Positions 27,310 to 40,999 of a stretch of 64,000 nucleotides of DNA are shown piece by piece. Made by a program: the position numbers and the translations under genes. Location of the stretch: positions 103,912,001 to 103,976,000 of the forward strand of contig OX597818.1 in NCBI GenBank assembly GCA_951406725.2, read 5' to 3'. Every line of letters starts with the position of its first letter. Position 1 is the first letter of the stretch. The stretch comes from Octopus vulgaris (lineage: Eukaryota). The notes below the pieces were generated by a model, which saw only the letters and a list, made by a program, of their open reading frames with translations, was not told where the DNA came from and searched no databases.

Positions 27310-27525
27310 TAATGGGGACGTCTGTATATACTTTTCGTTCCCACCTCAACGTCGCATGACAGCCAGTACTGGTTTATTTACATCCCCGTTAACTAGGGGG
27401 TTAACAAGACAGAACGGTTGACTTAGTGTCAGGATTTATGAACAAGAAGCTGTATTTACTTGTTCAATGAAATACCTCGAGGCCACACCAGCATGGCTAC
27501 TGTTTATTTGATAAAATAAATAACA
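27310..27525 (+). mobile_element. SINE family A 3' half, strongly decayed
   Basis: ctggtttatttacatccccgttaactag..ccagcatggctac. Confidence 0.5.
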
Positions 27526-27967
27526 ATTACCTAGGTCACAAGTATGTACCACAAATAACCAATTGCATGTACCACAAACAGCATGTACCACAAATAACAC
27601 TTAATACAAATAGAATGTATCACAAATATCATATTTCCAGGCTAATAAATGGTGTGAATGTTTATTCCAGGGCGAATATTTTGAAGTGTATGTTGTTACT
27701 AATGTGCTATTGGTGTGTATATGAAACCCAAAATGTAAAGGAATAAGTATGAATCATGAAGAGTAAAATTAAAGTGCAGCAACTCTTTTATTAGTTTTAC
27801 GTGTGCAGTGCAAGTTTTAATGTATGAAACGTCTGCAATTATGCATAATTAAGGATTAATGTAAATCGTTAAAGTATATTTGCATTGAAATGAGTTTCAT
27901 GCATATTATATACACATATATATAGAGAGAGATAAATACATAGATAGATAAATAGACAGATAAACAG

Positions 27968-28006
<39 letters not shown>

Positions 28007-28007
<1 letters not shown>

Positions 28008-28162
28008 TTTATTTAAAGCAGCAGAAAATTCAACAAAACCTGTTACTCTGAGTTTCCCGTTACCGTTCATCGGACAGTTTTCTAGCAAAAATTGTCCGAT
28101 GAACGGCAACGGGAAACTCAGAGTAACAGGTTTTGTTGAATTTTCTGCTGCTTTAAATAAAG
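28007..28162. repeat. Near-perfect 156-bp palindrome holding two divergent HHR-like motifs (28040-28077 -, 28092-28129 +); the element extends to 28233
   Basis: Arms of about 73 bp differ at about 2 positions; tgt-CCGATGA-a-cg gcaa cg-g-GAAACTCAGAGTA-aca. Confidence 0.9.
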
Positions 28163-28231
28163 GATATTACTCTACCACTGGTATTTGAGTACTCTTTTTT
28201 CCACCTTGTTTCACATTTATGTGTTTACTCC

Positions 28232-28293
<62 letters not shown>

Positions 28294-29299
28294 AATGTAT
28301 ATATATGTATGTATATATATTTATATATGTGTATATATATTTATATATATATATGTAAGTATATATATATACATATATATAACATAAAATTATACCACAT
28401 GTGTATGTATGTATATATGTATATTTAAAATAAATACATGTATAAATCAGTTGTGTATGATTCATATTTAAATATATGCTCATCACAGCTACATAGAATC
28501 CAAGTAGCAGGCACCAGTGAAAGTAACTGAAAATTACAATTCATCTTCACTTGTCGCTAGCCTGAAGTCGCAATCAGTTCTTATTGGCATAGATGACATA
28601 AATATATATCGTTATTACTTCTTAATGTGTAATTAGATTTAACGAGGGCACAAATTTCTTGCATGGTGAAAAATAAAATTGTAAGTCCAGTAAAAATTGA
28701 GGTTAATGAGTAGGATGAAAATTTAACATTTTGAAGCCGTCAGTAATTAATAACTTACATATATTTGAAAAAGAAGCAATGCTTGCTTGAAAATATTTTT
28801 ACATTGAATATCTAAAATAATATTACATCATGAGCAAATACAATGCGAATATACATAATGTGTGTGTGTATGTGTTACAAGAAAACCATATCGGAAAATT
28901 TCAATTGTTACTGAGGATGCTGAAGATTTAAAACACCTAGAAATGCAATGCAGTACATTTTCTTATACTGAAAGGATAGATAACTGCTCCATAAGTGGAA
29001 ATAGATAACTAAACTAGTATAGATTCAGCTTAAAATTTCATGCTCGTCGGTAGAGACTGCTCTATCACCGAATGGTATGACTACATACAGACTGTGGGTA
29101 TATATATTTACCGTATAAATTTATGGCTGATTTTAATGAAATGCTAATCTGAAAATGAGAAAATAACTAAGTCAGCTATACGCAATATAAAACCGAAAAC
29201 TAAAACTTCAATTTCCCTAATTGTGACTGTGTGTGCTGGGTAGTACCTATATTGCTAGAAATAAGATTTAAAACCCTTAGAGCTGCAAGGAAGAACATT

Positions 29300-29590
29300 T
29301 TCGAACTCGGAACGCATTCAAACAGGATGAAATGACATTAGGCATGTTGCCGGCGTGTCAACGATTTTGCACACTCACCGCTCTACTATAATGTTCATAT
29401 TGGTTTCAAATTTTTGAAATTTAAGCATAAGGCTAGCAGCGTCGATTGCATAGATCCCAGTGCTCAACTGGTACTTATTTTATCCATCTCGAAGGATAAA
29501 ACGTAAAGCTGAACTCGACAGAATTTGAACTCACACCGTAAATATGGATGAAATACAGCCAGATGTATTGCGTGACGAGCTAACGATTCT
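29300..29590 (-). mobile_element. Clustered decayed SINE family B copies
   Basis: cccagtgctcaactggtacttatttt..gaatttgaactc. Confidence 0.7.
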
Positions 29591-29599
29591 TCTTTCTTT

Positions 29600-29822
29600 A
29601 CTACCCACAAGGGACTACACACAGAGGGGACAAACGAGGACAAACAAACAGATTAAGTCGATTATATCGACCCCAGTGCGTAAATGGTACTTATTTAATG
29701 GACCCCGAAAGAATGAAAGGCAAAGTCGACCTCGGCGGAATTTGAACTCAGAACGTAGCGGCAGACGAAATAACGCTAGGCATTTTGCACGGTGTGCTAA
29801 CGATTCTGTCAGCTCGCCGCCC
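29600..29822 (-). mobile_element. SINE family B, well-preserved copy
   Basis: Reverse complement ggcggcgagctgacagaatcgttagc..gagttcaaattcc (B box)..gcctttcattctttcggggtc..aagtacc. Confidence 0.9.
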
Positions 29823-29951
29823 AACCGTAGATGTTTCCATTGCCAATCAGAAACTTGTAATTAATTCCACTGGTTCGATCCCTCCAGACGCACAGTGAAA
29901 GTCGCTTCAAATAATATTCTAGTGTCTGTTAAAATTCATCATATCTTATAA

Positions 29952-30165
29952 GGTGGTGAGGTGTCAGAATCGTTCGCACGGCGGATAAACAACTTAGCGG
30001 CACTTCGGCTATCGTCTTTGTCCTATGAGTTCAAATTACGCTGAGGATAACTTTGCCGCTCACTCTTACGGATTCAATAAAATAAATACCAGATATGCAC
30101 TGGGGTCGATGTAGTAGACTTACTATCTCCCAAGAAATGGCTGTCCTTGTTGAAAATTTGAAACC
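29952..30165 (+). mobile_element. SINE family B, decayed
   Basis: ggtggtgag..cagaatcgtt..gagttcaaatt..gcactggggtcgatgta. Confidence 0.8.
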
Positions 30166-31033
30166 ACTATTTATTATATACTAGGTAATGCAGTTCTGTG
30201 TTTAAAACCAAAGGCATAATGAGTTTGGTCAATTAGGATTAGTCGAGTATGAATTATCTTCTACCACATGAAGAAGAACAAGAGCAGTCACTATAGCTCG
30301 TATTATTTCAATACGTATCAAATTTCAAAATTAGTCTTTTGTCTCTGACAAATCAGTAATGCAATACTGAACAGTATTATGTTCATTTTCTTATAATTAT
30401 TTTTACATAAGGTGTCTAGATGCTTGCCCTTTGCTTTTTTGTGTTTGTTTTTATACGACATGATAAGTGATACTTAATTTCCATGTCTACTGATTTGTAA
30501 ATGATGAACTAAAATGTAAATGAAACATTAAAATTAGAATACAGTTAGAAGCAGTGTTGTATATTCTACACGGTGGTACAATATACAACACTGCTTAGAG
30601 TAGACAAAATGGAAAGGAATTTATCAGACTTCACTATAGGCATTCGTCACTAGGTCATCTGTCACTGTTTTATGTTTCTATAGCATTCAGAAATCTGGCT
30701 TAATATTACTCTTTGAATAAATTATGACTTCATCCTATTGTGAAAAGGAAAAGTCATTACTTATATCTCAATGATCATTGTATGTAATTTACAAACAGTT
30801 GATAGAGATTTTGCCCCGAAATAATAAGGTTAATAGATGTTTCCTGTTCGCTTAATATTGTTTCTTTTTTTCATTGCATAAAATATTTCCATCACATTGT
30901 AACACCCTGAGGCAGACTTTCCTGATTAAGCCATTTATATACATGCTTACATACATGCATACAAACATATATTGCAACTATACTCACATTCATATATATC
31001 TGTATCTGTGTGTATATGTGTATGCATATCATG

Positions 31034-31080
<47 letters not shown>

Positions 31081-31152
31081 TGAGTGTGTATGTATGTGTG
31101 CGTATGCACGTGTAAAGGTATATATATATATATATATATACCTTTAGATATA

Positions 31153-31204
<52 letters not shown>

Positions 31205-32398
31205 TACGTTTAATTCATATACAAACACATGTCTATATTGGATGTATGTGTCTAAAAGAAAGAAATTAGAAGAAGATGGTGAATGTGTGAGAGGACAAAC
31301 TTGAAAAATATGATCAATACAGTGAACATTTATAAGCAAAAGATATATGTAAATATATGTAAATATGGTCGTATCGCAAATTTTTAAATTTTAACATTTC
31401 TTGAAATGTATTTACTATTTTTATAGTCAGTATGTAAATAAAAAGAAAAACTGTCCTGATGTGAAACTAGCGCATATTCTTGCTCATAGAATTTCCTGGT
31501 GTCACATTTTTGATGTTTTTATTTTGTATTAGTGGTTTTCTCAGTAGATTTTATATGAATTTGTAGCAAAATAAAATGAAATAGGATACCAAACAATATA
31601 GCAAGAAAAATATATTCCTAGAAAAGAAGTCTTACAATGTAAAAGCGGAGAAAAAAAAATTCCCTGCTTTTTCTAGCCTCAGTTATCAGAAGTGTTAAAA
31701 AAAGCTTTCATGATAGTGTATACAGTATACAACATCGTGTTTTAAGCAACAGCATAAAATGAAATGCAAAAATAAAATATCTATTCGTATGAAGATTATA
31801 TACATTGACAGATTGCTGGGAGGCAAATTGCTTCTAAGACATTTGCCAATATTCATAATATTCACAAAGTGTTAATTCTTTTTGCAACTGAGACGAGAAT
31901 CGGTTGTCAATAACAAAAGTCAATGAGAGAAAGAAGGAAGTCGATGTTTGATTCAGGAGCTAATTGCGTTAATACGTGACTTGACCAAAAGTATTTACAG
32001 CTTCCCCTTTTAGTGTTAGCTGATAGATGCTTTTTCGTATTGCATTATTTCTCTTAATATTGAAAAGCCAAAGTGAAAACAGTGAGTAAAACAGATTCCA
32101 AATAAAGCTACATGGAGCTGTGCATTATTTCGGATTTTTCTTTTAGACACATTCATATATTTACTTCTCTTTGGGAGAGACGGTATTGTATTAACCTATA
32201 AGTAACTGCTTAATTTCCAATTATATTGATAATGTAATCACAAAATCAAATGTACAGTATATGTACAACATATAAACTTCTATAGGAGTATATTTTAGGA
32301 TTGTTGGCTGGCAGTTAGAGGATAATCTGAGAAAGAGTCGACTACTGAATGCTTTAAGAGCACACATCAATAGACACAAGCTCATGAACACACACACA

Positions 32399-32457
<59 letters not shown>

Positions 32458-32581
32458 GTGTATGTGTAGAAACATGTAAACATATACATATATATATATA
32501 TACATATATATCCGCACACACATATATAGATATATACATATACACACACATATATACACGTATATACATATATATATATAC

Positions 32582-32835
32582 AGTTTTTGCGTAATATGAT
32601 AAAAAAACAAAGGATGTGTAGATATTACACCATTTCTAGATGGAAGGCTTTACAGCTGTTTCTAGGATATATATTAATAATATCCCTTCATCGGAGACGG
32701 TGTGAGAGGATGGTTAAATCTTAGTTAGTTTAGGTGTGATGCAAAATAGATAGTGAGGTAGAGGAAAGAAAATATATGCAAGATATGTATGGTTATTGAA
32801 GTTGTAAATCCATTTTTTAGGCATAATGGCAGATT
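32582..32835 (-). mobile_element. (TA)n-flanked PLE-type 3' end with HHR-like motif at 32647-32698
   Basis: Same family as 11343-11650; CCGATGA-a-gggatat..atatcct-a-GAAACAGCTGTA. Confidence 0.8.
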
Positions 32836-32889
32836 TTTAAACTTGGTCATTCCCAGTAGAGTAGTTATATACAGTGTTGCAGATTCAAA

Positions 32890-32939
<50 letters not shown>

Positions 32940-32947
32940 TATATATA

Positions 32948-33071
32948 TCGATAGAATAAGTAAGTACTAGGCTTTCAAAGAATAAGTCCTGGGGTCGATT
33001 TGCTCGACTAAAGGCGGTGCACCATCATTGTCACAGTTAAATAATTGAAACAAGTAAAAGTGTAAAAGAGT
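32948..33071 (+). mobile_element. SINE family A 3' fragment
   Basis: cgatagaataag..gaataagtcctggggtcgatttgctcgactaaaggcggtgc. Confidence 0.9.
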
Positions 33072-33515
33072 ATAATCTATGGGTGATGTTATTTACAAAT
33101 ATAAACATAGAAACTTGGTGAGATTTCCTCACTTGCTAAACCGCGACTAAGAATGTATTATCACTTAAGTTCCAACTAACCCGCTCAACAACACCCACTT
33201 TAAACTAGCCGTGCGCCATGCAAAAACGTCACAAATTTTCTACAATTGATATTTAACTTGTCTCTCATTTATCTCTTTCTTTAAATTAGTATAACTGAAA
33301 ACCTGAAATTCTATTCTACGCATTTTCTTCGTATATATATTTTTATAGCAAACATTCTTAGGCTTTCTATAATTTTATGCATTTTTGTGGTTGCTTAGTT
33401 TCATAATTTACAGCTATCTTAATGCTATCCGCTCACTTCATATATGCCTCGTTTGTGTCTAACATCCAGCATTAATAGATTTGTTTTTCTCTTCATATGC
33501 ATTTAGAAATATGTC

Positions 33516-33548
<33 letters not shown>

Positions 33549-35950
33549 AACACACATACTTACGTCCCCGCATAAACAAATAACTCTCACACATATGTAT
33601 ATGTATATTTACATGTGTGTGTTTGAGTATGTGTGTGGGTGCTTATCGTCTATGTGTATAACACTAATTATTTGCGGGTATTCATGGGAATATTCAGAGT
33701 TAGCCATTGAATATATGTTTCAAAACAAATACATAAATACAAAAATATATAGAATACTACGTAGTACGAAGTAAATCCATTAACATATTGTCTAGTAACC
33801 CTATCACCGACAAACCCGTGATAATCATATACAAAATATACGGATTACAATACGAAATCGGAGCTTTTGAGATTTTGTTTATTATTCTCAAAAACAGCAT
33901 GGAGACACCATAAATGTTTAAGCTGATTTTTTACCTACAGCAAAAGATTATAGTCAACTTAAACCCCTTTCATTGCTCTAAATTATACCTATTTGCAGTT
34001 TTGTGGACCTGTCTGATCAAAGTTAAGTGCCTTCCTCGCGCTTATCATTACAGAGTTGATGACATGTTAGGAAGCATTGATATCTCACTTGATTGTAATT
34101 GTACGTTTCATTCTCCATTTTCCAGGAGGTGTTCTCTATACATAAAAAAATATATATTGCAAATTTCATTCTCCATTATCGTCTGTTTTATGCAGAAAAC
34201 TACCAGGTACCATTTGTTTCAGTCACGTTTACATTTAATTATATGGTCTGGAGAATAATATAAATTCAAAATACGCCATTTAACAGTTTCAAGTATGAAA
34301 TTTTATATCTGACTTACTAGCAATAATATCAGAACTATTTTGTCAGAAATAGGAATATCAATGACAGATGTACCAGATATCAACCTTTATTTGTCTAAAT
34401 AACATACCAAAGATTGTTACTGAATAATTGTCAATATATTTATAAAACGAAATATATTGTATATAATGATTACTCTGTTGAAGTATTATAGTCACTTTCT
34501 CCTACTATATGGAAAGATAGATTATTAAGGAGATAGGCAATATTGTGAAATTGTCGACGTTTTTGGCCAAGATACAAACAGTAAAAGGAAAGATGCCCAT
34601 AGCCTAGCAGAATATCAATAATACACGTCTGTGTCACGACTCGTGGAAAGTTTCAAATTCTAATGCATATCAATAAATGTAGGCATACGTCGACTCAAGA
34701 GAGAATACTGGTTTTGGCCCACATTTGTGCAAAAACATTGATTCCTCTAAAAACAGATAACAGCCAGAATGTTCTTTGAAACTGGGCAGTTTTATCCAAA
34801 TGGGTAGTAAATTTGGTTGCTGGATTATTCATGAAGCGATTTTAGGTGTAAATAAAGTTAAAATATATAATTAATTGAAGTGATTGAAGTAGTAATAGCT
34901 AACTGTGAACCGGGCATTTATCATAGTCCTTCTTCGTGGAAAGCGTCTCAGCTTCTTGCATTATTTCCTAACCGTGTCGTAATCTATCACATTAGGAGTA
35001 ATGGATGATAATGTTGCACTATGTTGAGAGATTTATCTTCCAGTCGCCAACGTATACGTATCAGAAAATTTGTTTTCTTCAAACTAAATGATGAATCATT
35101 ACAGATGTAATATGGAATGGAATGGTTTGGCAGTATATTAATTTCTAATGATACTAAAATGAGTGTATTCCTGATACATGTATTATTAAAGAAATTTTAG
35201 AGAAAATTAAAACGATTACATTAATGAAAGTGAATACAACTGATATTGCTGTTTTCAGAGACTTAACAATATGAACATATGAAAATTCTTAGTACCTGCC
35301 GTAAGATACCTTACAATAGTGTTTGCAATTTAAATAGTCATTATATACTGAGGTCATTATATACAGAGGCATATATAAACTATATATCATTTACACAAAA
35401 ACAGGGCAATAATGCAAGGAAACTGTTATGTTATCACACTACGTTCAAAGCAAATCTGTAGAATAGAATTATTTCTTTTGATTTTATTAATTTTTTCAAT
35501 GATAAACGAATTCGTAATGGAAATATCTATACCGCCGTCGAAATATAGTGACTCAGATAAAAACAAATGAGCGTATCGATTGAATGCATTTTCTTTAATT
35601 CGTAATAAGAACATTAAGGGGAGACGATACATTGAAATCGATGCTCATATTGCCTGGATACAACAATTTCCATTTAACTTACTATACCCATCTTCGTCTC
35701 CAAAATGACTTTTCTCTCTTTAAATACCTAACCTGCATCTGCAACACAGATATATCAGTATTTCAACGCTTTCTTCACCTACTGTAGCATCATCCATCTT
35801 CTGTATGCCACATGGGGTTTGAATTTGGAGATACGTTAGAGACAATCGAAAGGTAATTGACAATATATTAGATGGTATCATAAACGAAACGACGCAAAGT
35901 AAAATGAATGTGTGCTTTAAGAGAAAGACATTTAAGGAAGATAATATATG

Positions 35951-36013
<63 letters not shown>

Positions 36014-36143
36014 ATGTATATATATTCATGTACATACACACATACATAGACATACATATATATACCCACACAGAGACGCACGTACACAAACACACATATA
36101 TATATACACGTATATATATATATAATTATAAATATATATATAC

Positions 36144-36183
<40 letters not shown>

Positions 36184-36241
36184 ATATAAGTTATACATCT
36201 TTTATATATAATCAGTTATCAACACATCCTTATTAGTATAT

Positions 36242-36594
36242 AGGAGCAGGGGTGACCGTGTGGGAAGTAGCTTGCTTACCAACTACAAGGTTCTGGGTTC
36301 AGTCTCATTGCGTAGAAACTTAAGCTATTGTTTTCTATTGTTGCCGCTTGACAACCAATCTCTTTTGAGTGGATTTGGTAGACGGAAAGTGAAAGAAGCT
36401 CGTATGTATATATTTGTGTGAGTCTGTGTTTGTCCCTCCACAATCGCTTAGTAACAAAGCTTGGTGTGTTTATCTCCCTGTAACTTAGCGGTTCTGCAAA
36501 ATTGACTGATAGAATAAGTCCTGGCGTCGATTTTTTCGACTAAATGAGGTGCTTCACCATGGCCGCAGTCAACTGACTGAAACAAGTAAAAGAA
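36242..36594 (+). mobile_element. SINE family A, full length, decayed
   Basis: Similar to 37311-37710. Confidence 0.9.
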
Positions 36595-37257
36595 TATATA
36601 TATATCTTTTTTATATATGTATGTGTGTATGTGTCCATATATATAAATATGCGTGTATATATATATATATATTTATATATATATCATGTTAAGGAGATAT
36701 CTCAATATCTGAAATAGATGAGTTAAAGAGGTATTGCTGTTTGTACAGTAATTGATATATTTCATTTTTATTTCATTTCATTTTATAATTGATATAAATC
36801 CTTTACAGACTTGGATAAATTATATCTCATGAGATAGAGAAGAAACGAAATAAAAGAGGAAATACAAAGGATAAATGAAGCAAAGAAACGGTAAGAACTA
36901 TTTCATATATAGAGTAAATGATTACTAAATAAATAACGTCATATATTCTGAACGAAATTGTTGATATTCACTAAGCGTTAGCAATTATTGGAAGTTTCTT
37001 ATCGTTCTGCGTATAACATGTGCCTTGAGGAGGGAATAAAGAAGTATCAGAAAATGACTAGAGTATTCAATATCAAACGATTTCTTAACATTATTTCACG
37101 AGCAATCTCAGCAGTGACTGATATTTCATATGTGCATGTGTTAGTTATGTTATTGGTTAAAATATTTCCGATTGGAATAAACGGATAACTAACTACAAGG
37201 AGAGAAGAGAAAAATAAGACGTTATGAACCATCCAGTTATTCAGTAATGTCTTTGTA

Positions 37258-37300
<43 letters not shown>

Positions 37301-37310
37301 TTATATATAT

Positions 37311-37477
37311 AGGCGCAGGAGTGGCTGTGTGGTAAGTAGCTTGCTAACCAGCCACATGGTTTCCGGGTTCAGTCCCACTGCGTGGCATCTTGAGCAAGTG
37401 TCTTCTGCTATAGCCTCGGGCCGACCAAAGCCTTGTGACTGGATTTGGTAGACGGAAACTGAAAGAAGCCTGTCGTA

Positions 37478-37534
<57 letters not shown>

Positions 37535-37710
37535 CTGTGTGTATATCTTTGTGTGTCTGTGTCTGTCCCTCTAGCGGTTCGGCAAAAGTGATCGATAGAA
37601 TAAGTACTGAGCTTACAAAGAATAAGTCTCGGGGTCGATTTGCTCGACTAAAGGCGGTGCTCCAGCATGGCCGCAGTCAACTGACTGAAACAAGTAAAAG
37701 AGTAAAAGAG
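37311..37710 (+). mobile_element. SINE family A, young copy
   Basis: tRNA-like head (tggctgtgtggtaag; gggttcagtccc), internal (TA)n, (GTAAAAGA)n tail. Confidence 0.95.
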
Positions 37711-37799
37711 TATATATATATATATATATATATATTGAGGGAAAGAGAGAGAGAGAAGGACAGACAGATATATATATTCTTATATATATTCTTATATTT

Positions 37800-37985
37800 T
37801 TACACTCTTTTCAGTCACTGGATTGTGGCCGCGATTGGAGGCCGCTTTCAAGCGTATGGTGATAGAATTTGTCCTCAGCACATTCACTTTTTATACTTGG
37901 TACTTATATTTTCACGCAGTTTTCGTCGAGCAGATCGAAAACGAGGACGTAAAAACGCCAACACCCACTGCAAAGCACAAGCACA
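37800..37985 (-). mobile_element. SINE family A 3' half, decayed, inverted relative to 37311-37710
   Basis: tttcagtcactggattgtggcc..gtacttat..ggacgtaaaaacgccaaca. Confidence 0.6.
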
Positions 37986-38018
37986 AATGCATGCAATCAC
38001 ACATATATATATGTATGC

Positions 38019-38067
<49 letters not shown>

Positions 38068-38182
38068 CATATATATAATATATCATATATTATATTAATT
38101 ATATATATTATTTGTTCTTTATGTATTGGTTTATGTCTATCACTGTTTGAGTTGCATAATAGTGGTTTTATCTCTAATTCAT

Positions 38183-38220
<38 letters not shown>

Positions 38221-38389
38221 TATATGTATGTATGCATGCATGCATGTATATGCGTGTGTGTCCGTGTATGTGCCCATATATACACTTACAAACACACTTT
38301 ATATATATATATATACATATATATGGTTGGAAGCCCCAGCATGGCCTCAGCCGGATGGCTGAAACAAGTAAAAGAGTAAAAGAGTGAAT

Positions 38390-38770
38390 ATATAAAATAC
38401 AAAATGAGACAAGAACGCAAGTCATCCGGTCAGCTAGGTGATACAGAAAAGGACAACAACAAAACATCCTAATAGATGATACAAAGAAAACAAGGACGAG
38501 TCATTCGAAGTTTTCTTTCTGCAGTCAATCACCAGATTATCCTCGCAATTTCGGCTGGTTATTCTTGAGATTTCTCTAAACTGGCCAGGTCCAAGGAAAA
38601 ACTAAGCTAGGATCTTATACACAAACAAGGACGAAAACAAACGGACAAAGTTGCGCAAATATAAATACAATAAGAATAATTACAGGACATAACAACCGGT
38701 GTCTTTCAACTAAGGATGAATTGAATTAAGCTGGCGCGTGTGGAAATGAAGCCTTACGGCAGAGATATTG
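38390..38770 (-). mobile_element. Unclassified repeat carrying a decayed rearranged hammerhead-like motif (38518-38592)
   Basis: Same segment order and helices as 49607-49686; similar TTGTTTTC/GTCC-rich flanks. Confidence 0.55.
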
Positions 38771-39099
38771 GGCAAAGTATAGGTTTTATATTGGACAATG
38801 AGTATTTCATCGAACAAATCATTTTCTAAGTAGAATTCATTGGAGTAGTTTCACCTCGACTACACTAAGGACTTTAAATTGTGTTTCGGTCGTAATGTGA
38901 TGTATATTTTCCACTAACGAATCATTATTTTATGAGCATACACGTTATGATGATTTCCTAAAAAACTGATCACTTTTTTTTACAATTCTGTACGTTACAT
39001 TTGATATCCCTCGCATACGCAGGAAGTTGTTAGGTATACGAAAAAGCTCCTGAATTTCGCGAAAAGCCTGGTTGGAAGCCCAAAGCATCGTGTTCTTTT

Positions 39100-39245
39100 G
39101 CAGAGTTTAGGAAGTCCGAATGACCGCTGCAATAAGGATGTGAATCTGAGAAGGGAATATGTTGAATAAAATCATAATTAACTGATCGTGTTGTATTTTC
39201 TTTTACCCAGTGCCAGGAACTTACTTTTCTCCACCTCATATAATA
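39100..39245 (+). mobile_element. Possible mariner 3' end remnant
   Basis: gtgaatctgagaagggaatatgttgaataa resembles the mariner C-terminus CV.LRGEYVE*. Confidence 0.4.
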
Positions 39246-39491
39246 AACACTGAGTAATATGCCTGCTCTCGCGTGTTACATTCAAATGTATTGGCACTTT
39301 CAATCAATTTAAAATGTCGTTCAGTATATGTTGCACCAAAATATTAAATTAAATATTCTGAGTCCTAGATTCGCTAAATCTTGCGTATATGTCTTGCAGC
39401 TAGAGACATCTTTTGTTGTATGTAGTGTCTAAAATTCTATTGAAACTTATTTAACGATTACTAGAATATCGCTTTTTCAGTCAACAGTGCG

Positions 39492-39705
39492 GAAATAGTT
39501 GACAGCATGCTAGATGACTTTCAAAACTTAGGGGCAAATATTAGCATAATGCTACTCCATATTCACCTAGATAAATTTTCTGAAAATTTTGGTGACTCAA
39601 AGGAGGAATAGGGAGAACGTTTCCATTAGGAAATAAAATGAATAGGACAAAGATAACAAGAAAGATGAGTTTGGCATATGATGACGGAGTATTGCCGGAA
39701 CATTT
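39492..39705 (+). pseudogene. DNA transposase C-terminal remnant (Chapaev/CMC-like)
   Basis: FQNLGANISIMLLHIHLDKFSENFGDSKEE*GERFH*EIK..MMTEYC resembles HSHLDFFPENLGAVSDEQGERFHQDI..MMADYCW; superfamily assignment from memory. Confidence 0.65.
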
Positions 39706-40999
39706 CTTGGAATCTTCTTGAGATTCAGTACTCCAGAATATCATCTAAGCGCAAATTCATGGGAAATTAGTCATACACAATGATGTAATTTGTCTAAAAC
39801 TATTTTAATATTTTATTGGTTTTTCAGTAGAATTTTAGGATAACTTTCCCGATGTGAAGAAAAAATATCCGTTTATGCTTTTATATTATGCCTTGTTCCC
39901 TCTTCAAAATAAAAACAACAATAACATTCCATGGATCCAGTTTCTTAAAATCCAGACGTGACTGTAAAAGATGGAAGTCCTTTTCAGATCCCATGTGTCT
40001 AAGATCCTTCATTAAGGCCAAACAATTTTGAGAAGGGATTTGTAAGGCAATGCCACATCATTTCACTATATATAACAGTGACAGGCTATTTCCATTTTCG
40101 TTAGTCTGTTCCTAACGAAATGTGTTTTGTATTCAAATGATATAATAATATTTGTTTGACACTCTTTCGTTTTAAAAATTTATGAATATATTTTTTTTAA
40201 ATAACATCAAGCATTCGACATTTTTCATTTGAAAGCGAAACCCAGCTTGATTGTTAATATGTTGACTAAAATATATATGAAGGTCGTTTATTAACTGCAG
40301 ATCTTTTCTCTTTAACCTATGAATTTGTATACATTAACTCTGCTTAAAAGCCACAAAGAAATTGCAATTTATGAAAATGAAGTATTGATAGCATACGTAC
40401 ATGATCGTAAATAGATAAACAGCTAAGCATAATGAGAACCAATCTCATGGTATAAACACAAAATCTGGAACGTTAATATAATTTCGGCAACTTGTTTCAC
40501 TTCTCTTTTAAGCTACTTATATGTTCAGAGAGCATTAAGGTAAGGAGATCTCTTGTTTTATTGGATGTCAGCAGCCTATTGTAAATATATTTTTCCATAT
40601 TTTGCAATATTATATGAAATGTGAGGGGGTGGTTTACAAGTGTTCGTTACTCTCTTTTTGGTTTCATATTCGTTGTAGTAAAAAGCCGCATTCACTAATT
40701 CTAAGTTGGTTTCTAACGATTAAGAAGATAAAAGGTTTCTTTGAAAGCCATTTCTCGAGAAATTACTAAACGGATGAACTCATTCAGTCAAATTTAATAT
40801 CACTGGTAAGCCACAGAAGTTTTGATGATTCAACAACAGATTCAGTGCAATTAATTGCTCATAATAGCAAGTAATTGGACCAAGGCAGTAATATTAAATT
40901 CTGGATCACATGTGGAACAAGAAAGGTCATCCTCAAGATTTAGCATGAGCAGTGTAAGAACATTGATAATACGCTGAGTTTTTATTCGAAAGGGTCTTT

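Noticed and set aside
34500-34750. Fragments HDSWK and YVDS resembling a Merlin/IS1016-type transposase
   Set aside because: Too short and degenerate to call without a profile search
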